From positions 1-64,000 of the IMG/VR virus record IMGVR_UViG_3300024520_000047: a DNA stretch of 64,000 nt; one strand, written 5' to 3'. Of this stretch, positions 50,224 through 58,554 are shown in pieces. Numbering within the stretch: the stretch's first letter is position 1; each line of letters opens with the position of its first letter. Both the position numbers and the translations under genes were made by a program. The notes under the pieces were generated by a model that saw nothing but the letters and a program-made list of their open reading frames with translations, did no database searches and had not been told where the DNA came from.

Positions 50224-52431
50224 ATGACAACTCAATCTTACCTAATAAATGAAACTACCCAATATCAGGGAACTACTTCTCAGATAGTAAAAGATATCTT
50301 TAAAGTAATAAAACAAAATATTACTGAAGAGGAACAGAAAACTTACTACCTTCCTGAGGAGTTAGATTTAGATAAAATGTTTTATGATGCATCATATGGG
50401 AGTGGAGTAAGTGTGGAATTAACCATCAAACGTGATACGGAAATGACAGAACCGTTTTTAGTGGATGCCATGTATGTTCCTGAAGAAGAAATACTAGAAA
50501 TAACAATTCAACTTAATCCTTTTGAGGAACCTAAAAGTTACGCTCCTCTATACCAGTACTTAATTGAATATGTAAGACATGAATTGGAACACTTTGACCA
50601 AGAATATAAAGGAACTTTACCAGATGCAGAAGAAGGTCTTAGTACAATGGAATATTATTCCCAACCTCATGAGGTACAAGCACAAAGTGCTGGATTAAAT
50701 CTTAAGGCCAAAAAAACCAGACAAGGATATGAAAAAGTTGTGGGTGATTCCATTGAACTTACCAAACAACGATATGGTTTAAGTGATGAAGAAGGTAATG
50801 ACCTTTATAACCTAATTGTGGGAGATATAGAAGAAAGATATGGAAAGAAAGAATTAAATAAAGAGAGGAGATTTCCGGGAACATTCTTAACGGAACAGGA
50901 TGAGTCTTTTACCCCTAGGGGCCATACTATCTTCGATGATGATGAATACAAAGTATGGGCAGCCTTAGATAAGAAATCTTTTTGTGAATTTGCAAAAGGT
51001 ACTAAATGGTGTGTAGAAAAATCACATATGTGGGATAGACTGGGGTATAGTAAGGGTGGTGGGGGTGGCACCTATTACTTTGTCAAAGATAAAAAAACGG
51101 GTGACTTAAATCTAGTATCCGATTATAGTAGAATACCATTACTTAGAGACGGAGATATCCGTCAGGTATTTAATGAAGATGGGATACCAATGGACAAATT
51201 TAAGTTTTTCTCACAGAAGACCGAACTCCGAAAACTATTTGATATTAAGTATACTTTACCACAACGCATTAGGTTGGATATGCCCTTTACTCCTGAAGAA
51301 CAGGACAAGTGGTATAAAGAAAATATCACCCCTCTGAGTACAGTTGTATATGCCTTAGCCCAAGGAAAAGAGGTGGAGAAAAATATGGCCCTACTCGAGG
51401 ACCTAGTAGGGCCCGACCTTACGGTTATCGATGGGTATCGCTATCGTTCTCCCATCCGAGGGGATGATTATGGTCAGATTGAGATAATGAAGGATGGAAT
51501 TCTGGTATATCTGGAGGAAGATAAATATACTCAGGATATTCTATGTATTCATGAAGATGACATATATTATTATAATCGTGCATATGATTCTTACGGTGAC
51601 GATTACGAGGAGATGGATTCCGACGAATTAAATTACATGGCTTGTTGGTTTAGTGGTGAAGTAATGCAACGAGTGTATGGGTTAATGGAAAAATTAGATG
51701 CAGATTTTGATAAAGCAGCCTGTAGTGATTTTGATGATGGGGAGTTTACTGAATTTTTTGAAGGGCATTTCCCCCGACTGTGGGATGTTGTTACTGATGA
51801 ATTACTTAATCATCTAGGCTATGGTATAGGTGAGAGTAGACGGGTAGAGATGCGAGAATTTTTAGAGGCGGAAATTATTATTCCTTTTACTTCTGAAGGT
51901 AGTGGTGAGGTAAGTATTTTTATTCCTTATGTTCAATTACTCTTCCATGTTACTAACCATAATATGAAAACCCTTTCCCCTCTTTTATCAGATGAGACTT
52001 GTATAGGAGAAGTAGATGGGGGTCTTTCCGATATATGGTATGATGCGTGGGATTGGCCCCAACATACTCATGAAGAAATGGATTATACTATGAATGACTT
52101 TTTAGATAAGATAGACGAAGCAGATGTATCGGTAGCAGATAGAAAAGCGGGGGTGGATAAATATAAAAAAACTATGAAAGATTTAAACTTTAAACCAATA
52201 AATTCATGGGGTACACAATATGAATTTAAACAACCTTGGGAGGGTGGTAACACTATTAAAGTAAGACATTATAATGTAGAAGATGATACGGTAGACCTCT
52301 ATATTAACACTCCTGAGATGATATATAGAAATATACCAGTTCCTGGTATACCACTCGATGAGTTGGTTAAGTTTACACAACCTACATTATTTGATGATGT
52401 ATGGAAAGAAATAGGAAAAGGGTATAATTAA
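50224..52431 (+). CDS. modular acidic protein: HExxH module + GTKWC module + acidic module
   Basis: VRHELEH...HEVQA; linker FLTEQ; FCEFAKGTKWCV; leader MTTQSYLINE. Confidence 0.8.
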   Translation: MTTQSYLINETTQYQGTTSQIVKDIFKVIKQNITEEEQKTYYLPEELDLDKMFYDASYGSGVSVELTIKRDTEMTEPFLVDAMYVPEEEILEITIQLNPFEEPKSYAPLYQYLIEYVRHELEHFDQEYKGTLPDAEEGLSTMEYYSQPHEVQAQSAGLNLKAKKTRQGYEKVVGDSIELTKQRYGLSDEEGNDLYNLIVGDIEERYGKKELNKERRFPGTFLTEQDESFTPRGHTIFDDDEYKVWAALDKKSFCEFAKGTKWCVEKSHMWDRLGYSKGGGGGTYYFVKDKKTGDLNLVSDYSRIPLLRDGDIRQVFNEDGIPMDKFKFFSQKTELRKLFDIKYTLPQRIRLDMPFTPEEQDKWYKENITPLSTVVYALAQGKEVEKNMALLEDLVGPDLTVIDGYRYRSPIRGDDYGQIEIMKDGILVYLEEDKYTQDILCIHEDDIYYYNRAYDSYGDDYEEMDSDELNYMACWFSGEVMQRVYGLMEKLDADFDKAACSDFDDGEFTEFFEGHFPRLWDVVTDELLNHLGYGIGESRRVEMREFLEAEIIIPFTSEGSGEVSIFIPYVQLLFHVTNHNMKTLSPLLSDETCIGEVDGGLSDIWYDAWDWPQHTHEEMDYTMNDFLDKIDEADVSVADRKAGVDKYKKTMKDLNFKPINSWGTQYEFKQPWEGGNTIKVRHYNVEDDTVDLYINTPEMIYRNIPVPGIPLDELVKFTQPTLFDDVWKEIGKGYN

Positions 52432-52619
52432 TACTCCTCTTCATCCTTTTTTTTCTGGACGTATTCAGCTTTAAGGATTTCCTCTCTTCTTTTAACTGAT
52501 GGTTTGGTGAATTGTTTGTTGTCTCTTAATTGTTTAATAAGTTGGGTATTAATAACTTTTCTACGTAACTCTTTAATAGCACGTTCAATATTATCTTTTT
52601 TAACTTCAACTTTTAACAT
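52428..52619 (-). CDS. rpsU: 30S ribosomal protein bS21
   Basis: NIERAIKELRRKV...LRDNKQFTKPSVKRREEILKAEY. Confidence 0.9.
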   Translation of the reverse strand: MLKVEVKKDNIERAIKELRRKVINTQLIKQLRDNKQFTKPSVKRREEILKAEYVQKKKDEEEY

Positions 52620-52646
52620 TTATATTTTTATTTGTTTTTAGATAAA

Positions 52647-52677
52647 CAAAGATAAAACAATTATTTACAAAAACAAA
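52647..52677 (-). promoter_or_regulatory. Bacteroidota sigma promoter upstream of bS21
   Basis: TTTG-N19-TATCTTTG, 27 nt before ATG. Confidence 0.7.
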
Positions 52678-52688
52678 TAGATTTTCAT

Positions 52689-52913
52689 TTATGTTTCCAA
52701 CCATTCTTTAATTTCTGATGGGGAAGGAATTCCTTTAAGTGCTCCACATTCTACACAAAACCATCGTGGAAACCCATTAGAGTGGGAACTATTTTGGTCT
52801 ACAAATTTAATGCTTTTCTTTTTATGTAAACAACTATTTCTAATATCGTTTACCTCTTTTTCTAATTTTTTTATCTGAAAAAGTAGAGACTCAATACGTT
52901 TTTTTGTTTCCAT
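52689..52913 (-). CDS. small protein with possible Zn ribbon
   Basis: C.H...CVEC. Confidence 0.6.
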   Translation of the reverse strand: METKKRIESLLFQIKKLEKEVNDIRNSCLHKKKSIKFVDQNSSHSNGFPRWFCVECGALKGIPSPSEIKEWLET

Positions 52914-53101
52914 TAAACATCTCTCAGTCGTATATAAATATCGTATGGTATTCTAACTTCTACTGTTTCTCTAATTATATTTGTAGCGGGTGGTTGTGTT
53001 AAGGTATATGTAAACCCCTCTATAAGTTCCTCTTCTTCCAGAGTAAACTTATGAAAATTCTCTAAAAATTTATTTTCAATCCAAATGGTAATATACATCA
53101 A
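52913..53101 (-). CDS. hypothetical protein
   Basis: 62-aa ORF coupled to next. Confidence 0.5.
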   Translation of the reverse strand: MMYITIWIENKFLENFHKFTLEEEELIEGFTYTLTQPPATNIIRETVEVRIPYDIYIRLRDV

Positions 53102-53117
53102 TAATCTATATTTTTAA

Positions 53118-53297
53118 CTAATTGTCATCTAACCTAAACCCATCTTTTTTTGCGTTCTCAATCATTTTATCCTTATTTTCATTCCACAATTCATTCATTT
53201 CTCTTAAATATTGGTTAATTAATTTTTTATTACCTTCTTCTTGTGCATTTTTAAGATTATAGAGTATGTGGTCTAATTCTTCTAATATTTTACTCAT
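53118..53297 (-). CDS. hypothetical protein (59 aa, absent from ORF track)
   Basis: MSKILEELDHILYNLK...GFRLDDN*. Confidence 0.55.
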   Translation of the reverse strand: MSKILEELDHILYNLKNAQEEGNKKLINQYLREMNELWNENKDKMIENAKKDGFRLDDN

Positions 53298-53298
53298 A

Positions 53299-53505
53299 TT
53301 ATTCTACTATTGAGAAGCCTGTGTTATGTATAACTAAGGGTGTTTTATGTTTTATGGAAAGTGCGGTGGATACTTTAATCTTATCTTCATTATCTGAAGC
53401 TAAATGGCTCTCTAGGGGTGCTCCGGTATCATCTATTAAATTTACCAGATAAATCATCTCTCCAGTTCTTTTTTTAAATTTGTGTGTAACTATCTTCATC
53501 ATCAA
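53299..53505 (-). CDS. hypothetical protein
   Basis: 68-aa ORF. Confidence 0.5.
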   Translation of the reverse strand: MMMKIVTHKFKKRTGEMIYLVNLIDDTGAPLESHLASDNEDKIKVSTALSIKHKTPLVIHNTGFSIVE

Positions 53506-53545
53506 TTTTTTATAAATTTACAAAATTGATTACTAAGCGTAAACC

Positions 53546-54382
53546 TTATAAGGTGCTTAACATTTCCACCAATTTCGGTTGTGGTGATAAATCATATTTA
53601 TCTTTTCTCACATTAGTGTGTGTCCACACCCCCTCTGCACCAACTAAGGCTTGTTTATTAACTAAAAAGGCGTTACCATCACTATCTTCATTAAAAGAAT
53701 CTATAGCGTAATCAGTATTGCCACCAACTAGACCATCTTCTACTAATTTTTTTCCATTACTGCCTAAATAACCATGTAAATTTAACCATTGTTGTTTACC
53801 TAATGTATCTAAATTTATAGGTATCTTTAAAGATTTATTAATAATGCGTTTCATCCCTTTTGCTAAATCTATATCAAATTTTTCACCTAAACTTCTTATA
53901 AGTTGTTTAGTAGATTCTATTTGGGAGTCCGTATAAGTATGATAATAACGGTACCCTTTATATTCAAATCCTAAATCCACTACATCGGTGGAGGGTACCT
54001 TACTGTTAACATAATTGTAATAGGTGTCACCTTTCTTATGGAGAGGACCGTAATTACAAATCTCAATCCCAATACTTTCTTGATTTAATTTTTTATTGTT
54101 ACGAGCCTTTATGCCTAAATGGTGAGCCCATTTTTCAGGGGGGTGACATTCTACTACCACACCATCCCAATCAATATTACCGTCTCTGGTGGATTTACCA
54201 CCAATAATATAAGATGTAGCTATATGTCTTACACCACCCGATTTAGTTTTATCTCTGTCCCAACTCGCTACAGTCCAATCTGCACGATGACTACCAGCAG
54301 TGTGGTGAAGGTAAATTGTCTTTTTAGGTATGATGTCGTGATAGTACTCATCTTCTTCTAGGTAAATTTTTTTTAGTATCAT
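53546..54382 (-). CDS. N-acetylmuramoyl-L-alanine amidase (start moved to MILKK)
   Basis: YLHHTAG, SIGIEICN, YTDSQI, WTHTNVRKDKYDLSP; TATTTAT upstream of 54382. Confidence 0.88.
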   Translation of the reverse strand: MILKKIYLEEDEYYHDIIPKKTIYLHHTAGSHRADWTVASWDRDKTKSGGVRHIATSYIIGGKSTRDGNIDWDGVVVECHPPEKWAHHLGIKARNNKKLNQESIGIEICNYGPLHKKGDTYYNYVNSKVPSTDVVDLGFEYKGYRYYHTYTDSQIESTKQLIRSLGEKFDIDLAKGMKRIINKSLKIPINLDTLGKQQWLNLHGYLGSNGKKLVEDGLVGGNTDYAIDSFNEDSDGNAFLVNKQALVGAEGVWTHTNVRKDKYDLSPQPKLVEMLSTL

Positions 54383-54398
54383 GTTAATAGATTTTTCT

Positions 54399-55541
54399 TT
54401 ATAAATAGTCTTGAAGACGTTCATTAAATAGTTCAGTAACTTCATCATCATCGTGTGGGTATTCATCTACATTAGGACATAATGGAAAAGTAGAATCACT
54501 GTGTTTCATTATCTCAGCAAAATTACTATTGTCTATGTCACCGGTCTGGTCAATATATTGTAAGAGAGTACGTTCAGCGTGTGGGGTCACATCATAAAAA
54601 GACACTTTCACATCTATGGGTCTATATTTAGCCTCGCTTGAATTATATACGAATTTCTTTACTGTTCCCCTGCCCATAGATGTCCCCACATTCTCATAAA
54701 ACTCATCGTAATATGTGGTATAATAATTATCCATAATGCCTTGATTCCACGCATCTCCCCATGCCCACTTTATTTCATTTTTAACATCGTCTAATTCGTC
54801 TGCACTCTCCAATAGGACTGCGAGATTATATGGGTCTAGTCGTCTCACTCTCTCGGGATAAAGGAAAAAAGCATTATCATCTTCTCCAATCTGGTCTTCT
54901 TCTTTATAACCGTTGAATTCTTCTCTAAAGGTGCTTACCACTGCATTGGTATATTCATTCACCAAAAGATGTTTCAAGGCCTCTATGTTTTCCTCTGTCA
55001 TTTCATTTTCTAGAAGGTAGTCCAACTCGACATTAGTGTCATAGGGTTCCCAACTCAGTCCTTCCTCACCCCAAATCTCTTCCGCTACTGCATGACAATC
55101 TACATCATTACGGGTACTGTCATCATAAAAATCTGCTTCCTCACCGGGTTCCAAGCTCAGTATATATTTTCCATCTTTATAAGTGAGATTAGTTATTAGG
55201 TCTAGAGCCTCTGGTATTATGTACTTATGAAGTAAGTCTTTATCAGGATTATATGCCCCACCAATTGCATCTAAAACAACAGATAACGGATTCGCACTTT
55301 CATCCCAATGGGTTATAATATTAGTTAAAAATTTGTCACCAAGACCTTTATGTTCTAAAGCTTGATATAATTGTTGTAAGGAATTAAAATGGCCCTCTCC
55401 TCTATGACCCCATATATCTCCTCCTCCACCAAAGAGCTTTAAAAGGTCTGCTAAATCTTCCATGTCTTCCGAAGCCAAAGCAACTTCATACCATGGACGG
55501 CTATCTTCTACTAATATGGATAATTGGGTAATGAGTCTCAT
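54399..55541 (-). CDS. acidic protein with leader (MRLITQLSILVED)
   Basis: 380 aa, D/E/Y-rich; TATTTAT 5 nt upstream. Confidence 0.75.
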   Translation of the reverse strand: MRLITQLSILVEDSRPWYEVALASEDMEDLADLLKLFGGGGDIWGHRGEGHFNSLQQLYQALEHKGLGDKFLTNIITHWDESANPLSVVLDAIGGAYNPDKDLLHKYIIPEALDLITNLTYKDGKYILSLEPGEEADFYDDSTRNDVDCHAVAEEIWGEEGLSWEPYDTNVELDYLLENEMTEENIEALKHLLVNEYTNAVVSTFREEFNGYKEEDQIGEDDNAFFLYPERVRRLDPYNLAVLLESADELDDVKNEIKWAWGDAWNQGIMDNYYTTYYDEFYENVGTSMGRGTVKKFVYNSSEAKYRPIDVKVSFYDVTPHAERTLLQYIDQTGDIDNSNFAEIMKHSDSTFPLCPNVDEYPHDDDEVTELFNERLQDYL

Positions 55542-55554
55542 TCCCTATAAATAC

Positions 55555-55704
55555 TTACTGGGGTGTCTTTGGCGGAGTGGTTCCCTTTTGAATTTGTTCT
55601 ACGATTTTTTGACGAATAAGAGCCTGCATATCTTTACTATTAAAATCAGTAGAGGATTTTTTTTCTTTCTCTTTACTACCTTTTTTTTTACATCCACACG
55701 CCAT
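55555..55704 (-). CDS. small MACGCKK-type protein (49 aa, absent from ORF track)
   Basis: MACGCKKKGSKEKEKK...TPPKTPQ*; abuts upstream stop. Confidence 0.65.
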   Translation of the reverse strand: MACGCKKKGSKEKEKKSSTDFNSKDMQALIRQKIVEQIQKGTTPPKTPQ

Positions 55705-55926
55705 CTACTTTAAATATTTATCAAATGTGCCGGCTTTTATTTCTTCCATTAAAAGAAAAAACTGTTCTTTAGTAAATGTGGTATAACCTTCTTCTTTACC
55801 ACCTAGTACCACGTGTTCACTCTCAGTATCGATATCTACGGAAGGACATTTACAGCTTCCTTTTCCACATAAGGTAATTTCTAGATGGTTATTAGTTTCA
55901 ATAAAAGGTAAATGGGTATTAAGCAT
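55705..55926 (-). CDS. hypothetical protein
   Basis: LCGKGSCKCPSV. Confidence 0.65.
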   Translation of the reverse strand: MLNTHLPFIETNNHLEITLCGKGSCKCPSVDIDTESEHVVLGGKEEGYTTFTKEQFFLLMEEIKAGTFDKYLK

Positions 55927-55975
55927 ATTAATGTATTTTTTTATAATATAATGGTGTTCTACTAATTAATAAATA

Positions 55976-56572
55976 TTAATTTTTAGAAACTTTTGTAATA
56001 ATATATGGATATGGGTCAATTTTTTTTTCACCCACACTTATCTCATAATGTAAATGTTGGCCTGTACTGGACCCAGTATTACCTACAGTTCCAATCGCTT
56101 GCCCATCACATATGGTGTCTTCTTCTTTTACAAATACCTTATTAAGGTGCGCATAAGTACTTTGGTATTCCCATCCATGATATATCTCAATGCACCTCCC
56201 ATATCCTCCACACCATCCTGAATGTAAAACTACACCATCCCCTGTCGCGTATACCGTATCTAAGTAAGTACCCTTTAAATCTATTCCTTGATGACGTTGC
56301 CATCGTTTACTGATGGGGTTACGCCTTACTCCAAAGGGGCTACTTACCTTTACACTATCAAGAGGTGCTCCCAAAGGAATAGCTTGTAATGGATTGGTAG
56401 ATTCAAATGTTTTTACATGGAGAGTATGAAGAAGAGAATCAATATATACTTCTTTATTCTTTATCTCTTTTTGATGCCTACTATTCACTACCCCAATAAT
56501 AATAATAGATAAAATTAAGAGAAGAAAAAAATAGACTATGATAAGTTTACAGTTCTCCATAACATACTTCAT
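55976..56572 (-). CDS. membrane-anchored M23 peptidase (start moved to MKYVMENC)
   Basis: TM helix; HQGID, YAHL, STGQHLHYE. Confidence 0.9.
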   Translation of the reverse strand: MKYVMENCKLIIVYFFLLLILSIIIIGVVNSRHQKEIKNKEVYIDSLLHTLHVKTFESTNPLQAIPLGAPLDSVKVSSPFGVRRNPISKRWQRHQGIDLKGTYLDTVYATGDGVVLHSGWCGGYGRCIEIYHGWEYQSTYAHLNKVFVKEEDTICDGQAIGTVGNTGSSTGQHLHYEISVGEKKIDPYPYIITKVSKN

Positions 56573-56601
56573 CTTATAAGTATTTATTGTAAAACTAATA
56601 G

Positions 56602-58368
56602 ATGCTCTTAACAGAAGACCGAGTCTCACAAATAAAAGAAAAGTACCAAATTTCTGCCGATATCTGGCCTGAATTAATCAGTGGTAGTCAAGCTATTGCT
56701 CCTAATCATAAATACTTGGGTTGGATGGCAAACCTTATCCAGAGAATGGGTGGAAGTGAGGTGGGGTTTTCTCACGGTGCTTTAATTACCATTCTGGAAG
56801 CAGTCTCCCAGTTTGAAAAATGGAAATCTCACCTTCCTCAAAAAGACCTTTATCAATATAAGAGCTTAGAAGAGGTAGAGGAAGCGTTGGAAAATTATAA
56901 AAAAGAAAAAACTAGAAATATAAAAACCCATGACGAATCCGAAGTCGTATATGAAGATGACCGCTTTAAAGTGGTAGTTCCAAGGTCTCATGATGCTTCG
57001 TGTTATTATGGTGCAGGTACCAAATGGTGTACTGCAACTAAGGGGAATGATAATCACTTTAGTTCCTATGATAAAGAAGGGAAATTATTTTATATTTTAG
57101 ATAAGCAGACCCCCACATCTAATCCCAATTATAAGGTAGCTCTTAATAAAACCTATAAAGGGGGTGAGTCATGGTGGAATGCGTTAGACAAATCTATGTT
57201 TCCTAGTGAGGTAGGACATATTGTTAATCACCCTAAGTTACTAAAAACTATAGAAGATTATTTTCAATTTACATATGCGGAAGATATCGCAAAAATAAGT
57301 GAAGAAGAAAAACAACAAGAATTAGAAAGAATAGCCCGAGAACAGGAGTGGGCCCAACGAAGAAGAGAAGCTCTTGCACGTGCTAATGCAAGTGCAGAAG
57401 AAAGAAGAGCGGGTGATGTGTGGAATCCAGAAGATACGGATAGTGAAGGAATGGCAGCCAATGCTCTCATGGAATGGTTAAAAGATAATGGAGACTGGAA
57501 CGAGGATAGTGAAGTGGAAGAGATAGAATCCCAAATCAGCGAGATGCGTCTCGAGATGGAAGACGACCCAGAAGTAATTGATGACCCTAGTGGGGAACGT
57601 GCCCAAGAATATGGTGAAGACCTCAATGACTTAGAAGAAGAGTTAGAATTGGCACGTATGGAGGTACACGACGTGTATAATATCTTTTTAGAACCCTATG
57701 ACCATTATGGTTTATATACTTTTGCATATGACGGAGCGGAATATGCGGTAGGAGATGATGATACTGCAGACGAGGCCGCATTCGAACAAGTTAAATCTTT
57801 AATAGATGACATAGGCATTGAGGGTTTCGGTGACTGGGTAATTGAAAATAATCTAGATGGTGATGATGTTGCGGATGAGTTTAGATATAGTCTTGAGGAT
57901 GATATACGGGATTCTCCTGAATCTTATCTGGATGAAGATTATGATAAGGTATTAAGTTATGAAGGCAAACAACACCAAAATAAACTAGAAGAACAAATAG
58001 CGGACCTACAGGACCAATTAAGCGATGAAGATATGAAGGAAGAATGGGAAGATATGGAAACTCTTATCGAAGACCTAGAAAATGAACTAGAGGACATAGA
58101 AGAGGATGAAGATTGGATGGAATGGGATGAAGAAAAAATGGATGAGTGGGTAGAAGGAAGACTACAAGAAATACGTGATAATCCTTTAGAGGAATTACAA
58201 CATTGGGGCTACGAAGGGGACCAAATCCTTAGATTTGTAGATGAAGATGGGGTAGCAAATGATGTGATAGAAGCGGATGGAAGAGGTAACGGGTTATCTG
58301 GTTATGATGGAGATGAAAATGAAGTACATTTTGACGACGAATGGTGGTATATTTATAGAATAAATTAA
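56602..58368 (+). CDS. acidic protein with CYYGAGTKWC module and leader MLLTE
   Basis: KDLYQYKS, YEDDRF.VV.PRSHDASCYYGAGTKWC; very acidic C-half. Confidence 0.8.
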   Translation: MLLTEDRVSQIKEKYQISADIWPELISGSQAIAPNHKYLGWMANLIQRMGGSEVGFSHGALITILEAVSQFEKWKSHLPQKDLYQYKSLEEVEEALENYKKEKTRNIKTHDESEVVYEDDRFKVVVPRSHDASCYYGAGTKWCTATKGNDNHFSSYDKEGKLFYILDKQTPTSNPNYKVALNKTYKGGESWWNALDKSMFPSEVGHIVNHPKLLKTIEDYFQFTYAEDIAKISEEEKQQELERIAREQEWAQRRREALARANASAEERRAGDVWNPEDTDSEGMAANALMEWLKDNGDWNEDSEVEEIESQISEMRLEMEDDPEVIDDPSGERAQEYGEDLNDLEEELELARMEVHDVYNIFLEPYDHYGLYTFAYDGAEYAVGDDDTADEAAFEQVKSLIDDIGIEGFGDWVIENNLDGDDVADEFRYSLEDDIRDSPESYLDEDYDKVLSYEGKQHQNKLEEQIADLQDQLSDEDMKEEWEDMETLIEDLENELEDIEEDEDWMEWDEEKMDEWVEGRLQEIRDNPLEELQHWGYEGDQILRFVDEDGVANDVIEADGRGNGLSGYDGDENEVHFDDEWWYIYRIN

Positions 58369-58369
58369 G

Positions 58370-58549
58370 ATGAAGATAACTTATAAAAAAGGAAAGTTGA
58401 TAATCCCCATTGAAGAGGGGGATACTATGTTGGTGGGGAGATTTAAAAATAAATCTGTTAAAGTTAAAAAGATTGAATTTGATGAAATTGGTCAGCCTCT
58501 GGTAAATGGCTCTCCTATTTTAAAATGTAAGTTACCAAAAACAATGTAA
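58370..58549 (+). CDS. small beta-rich protein (59 aa, absent from ORF track)
   Basis: MKITYKKGKLIIPIEEGDTMLVGRFKNKSVKVKKI...GQPLVNG. Confidence 0.7.
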   Translation: MKITYKKGKLIIPIEEGDTMLVGRFKNKSVKVKKIEFDEIGQPLVNGSPILKCKLPKTM

Positions 58550-58554
58550 TAAGG

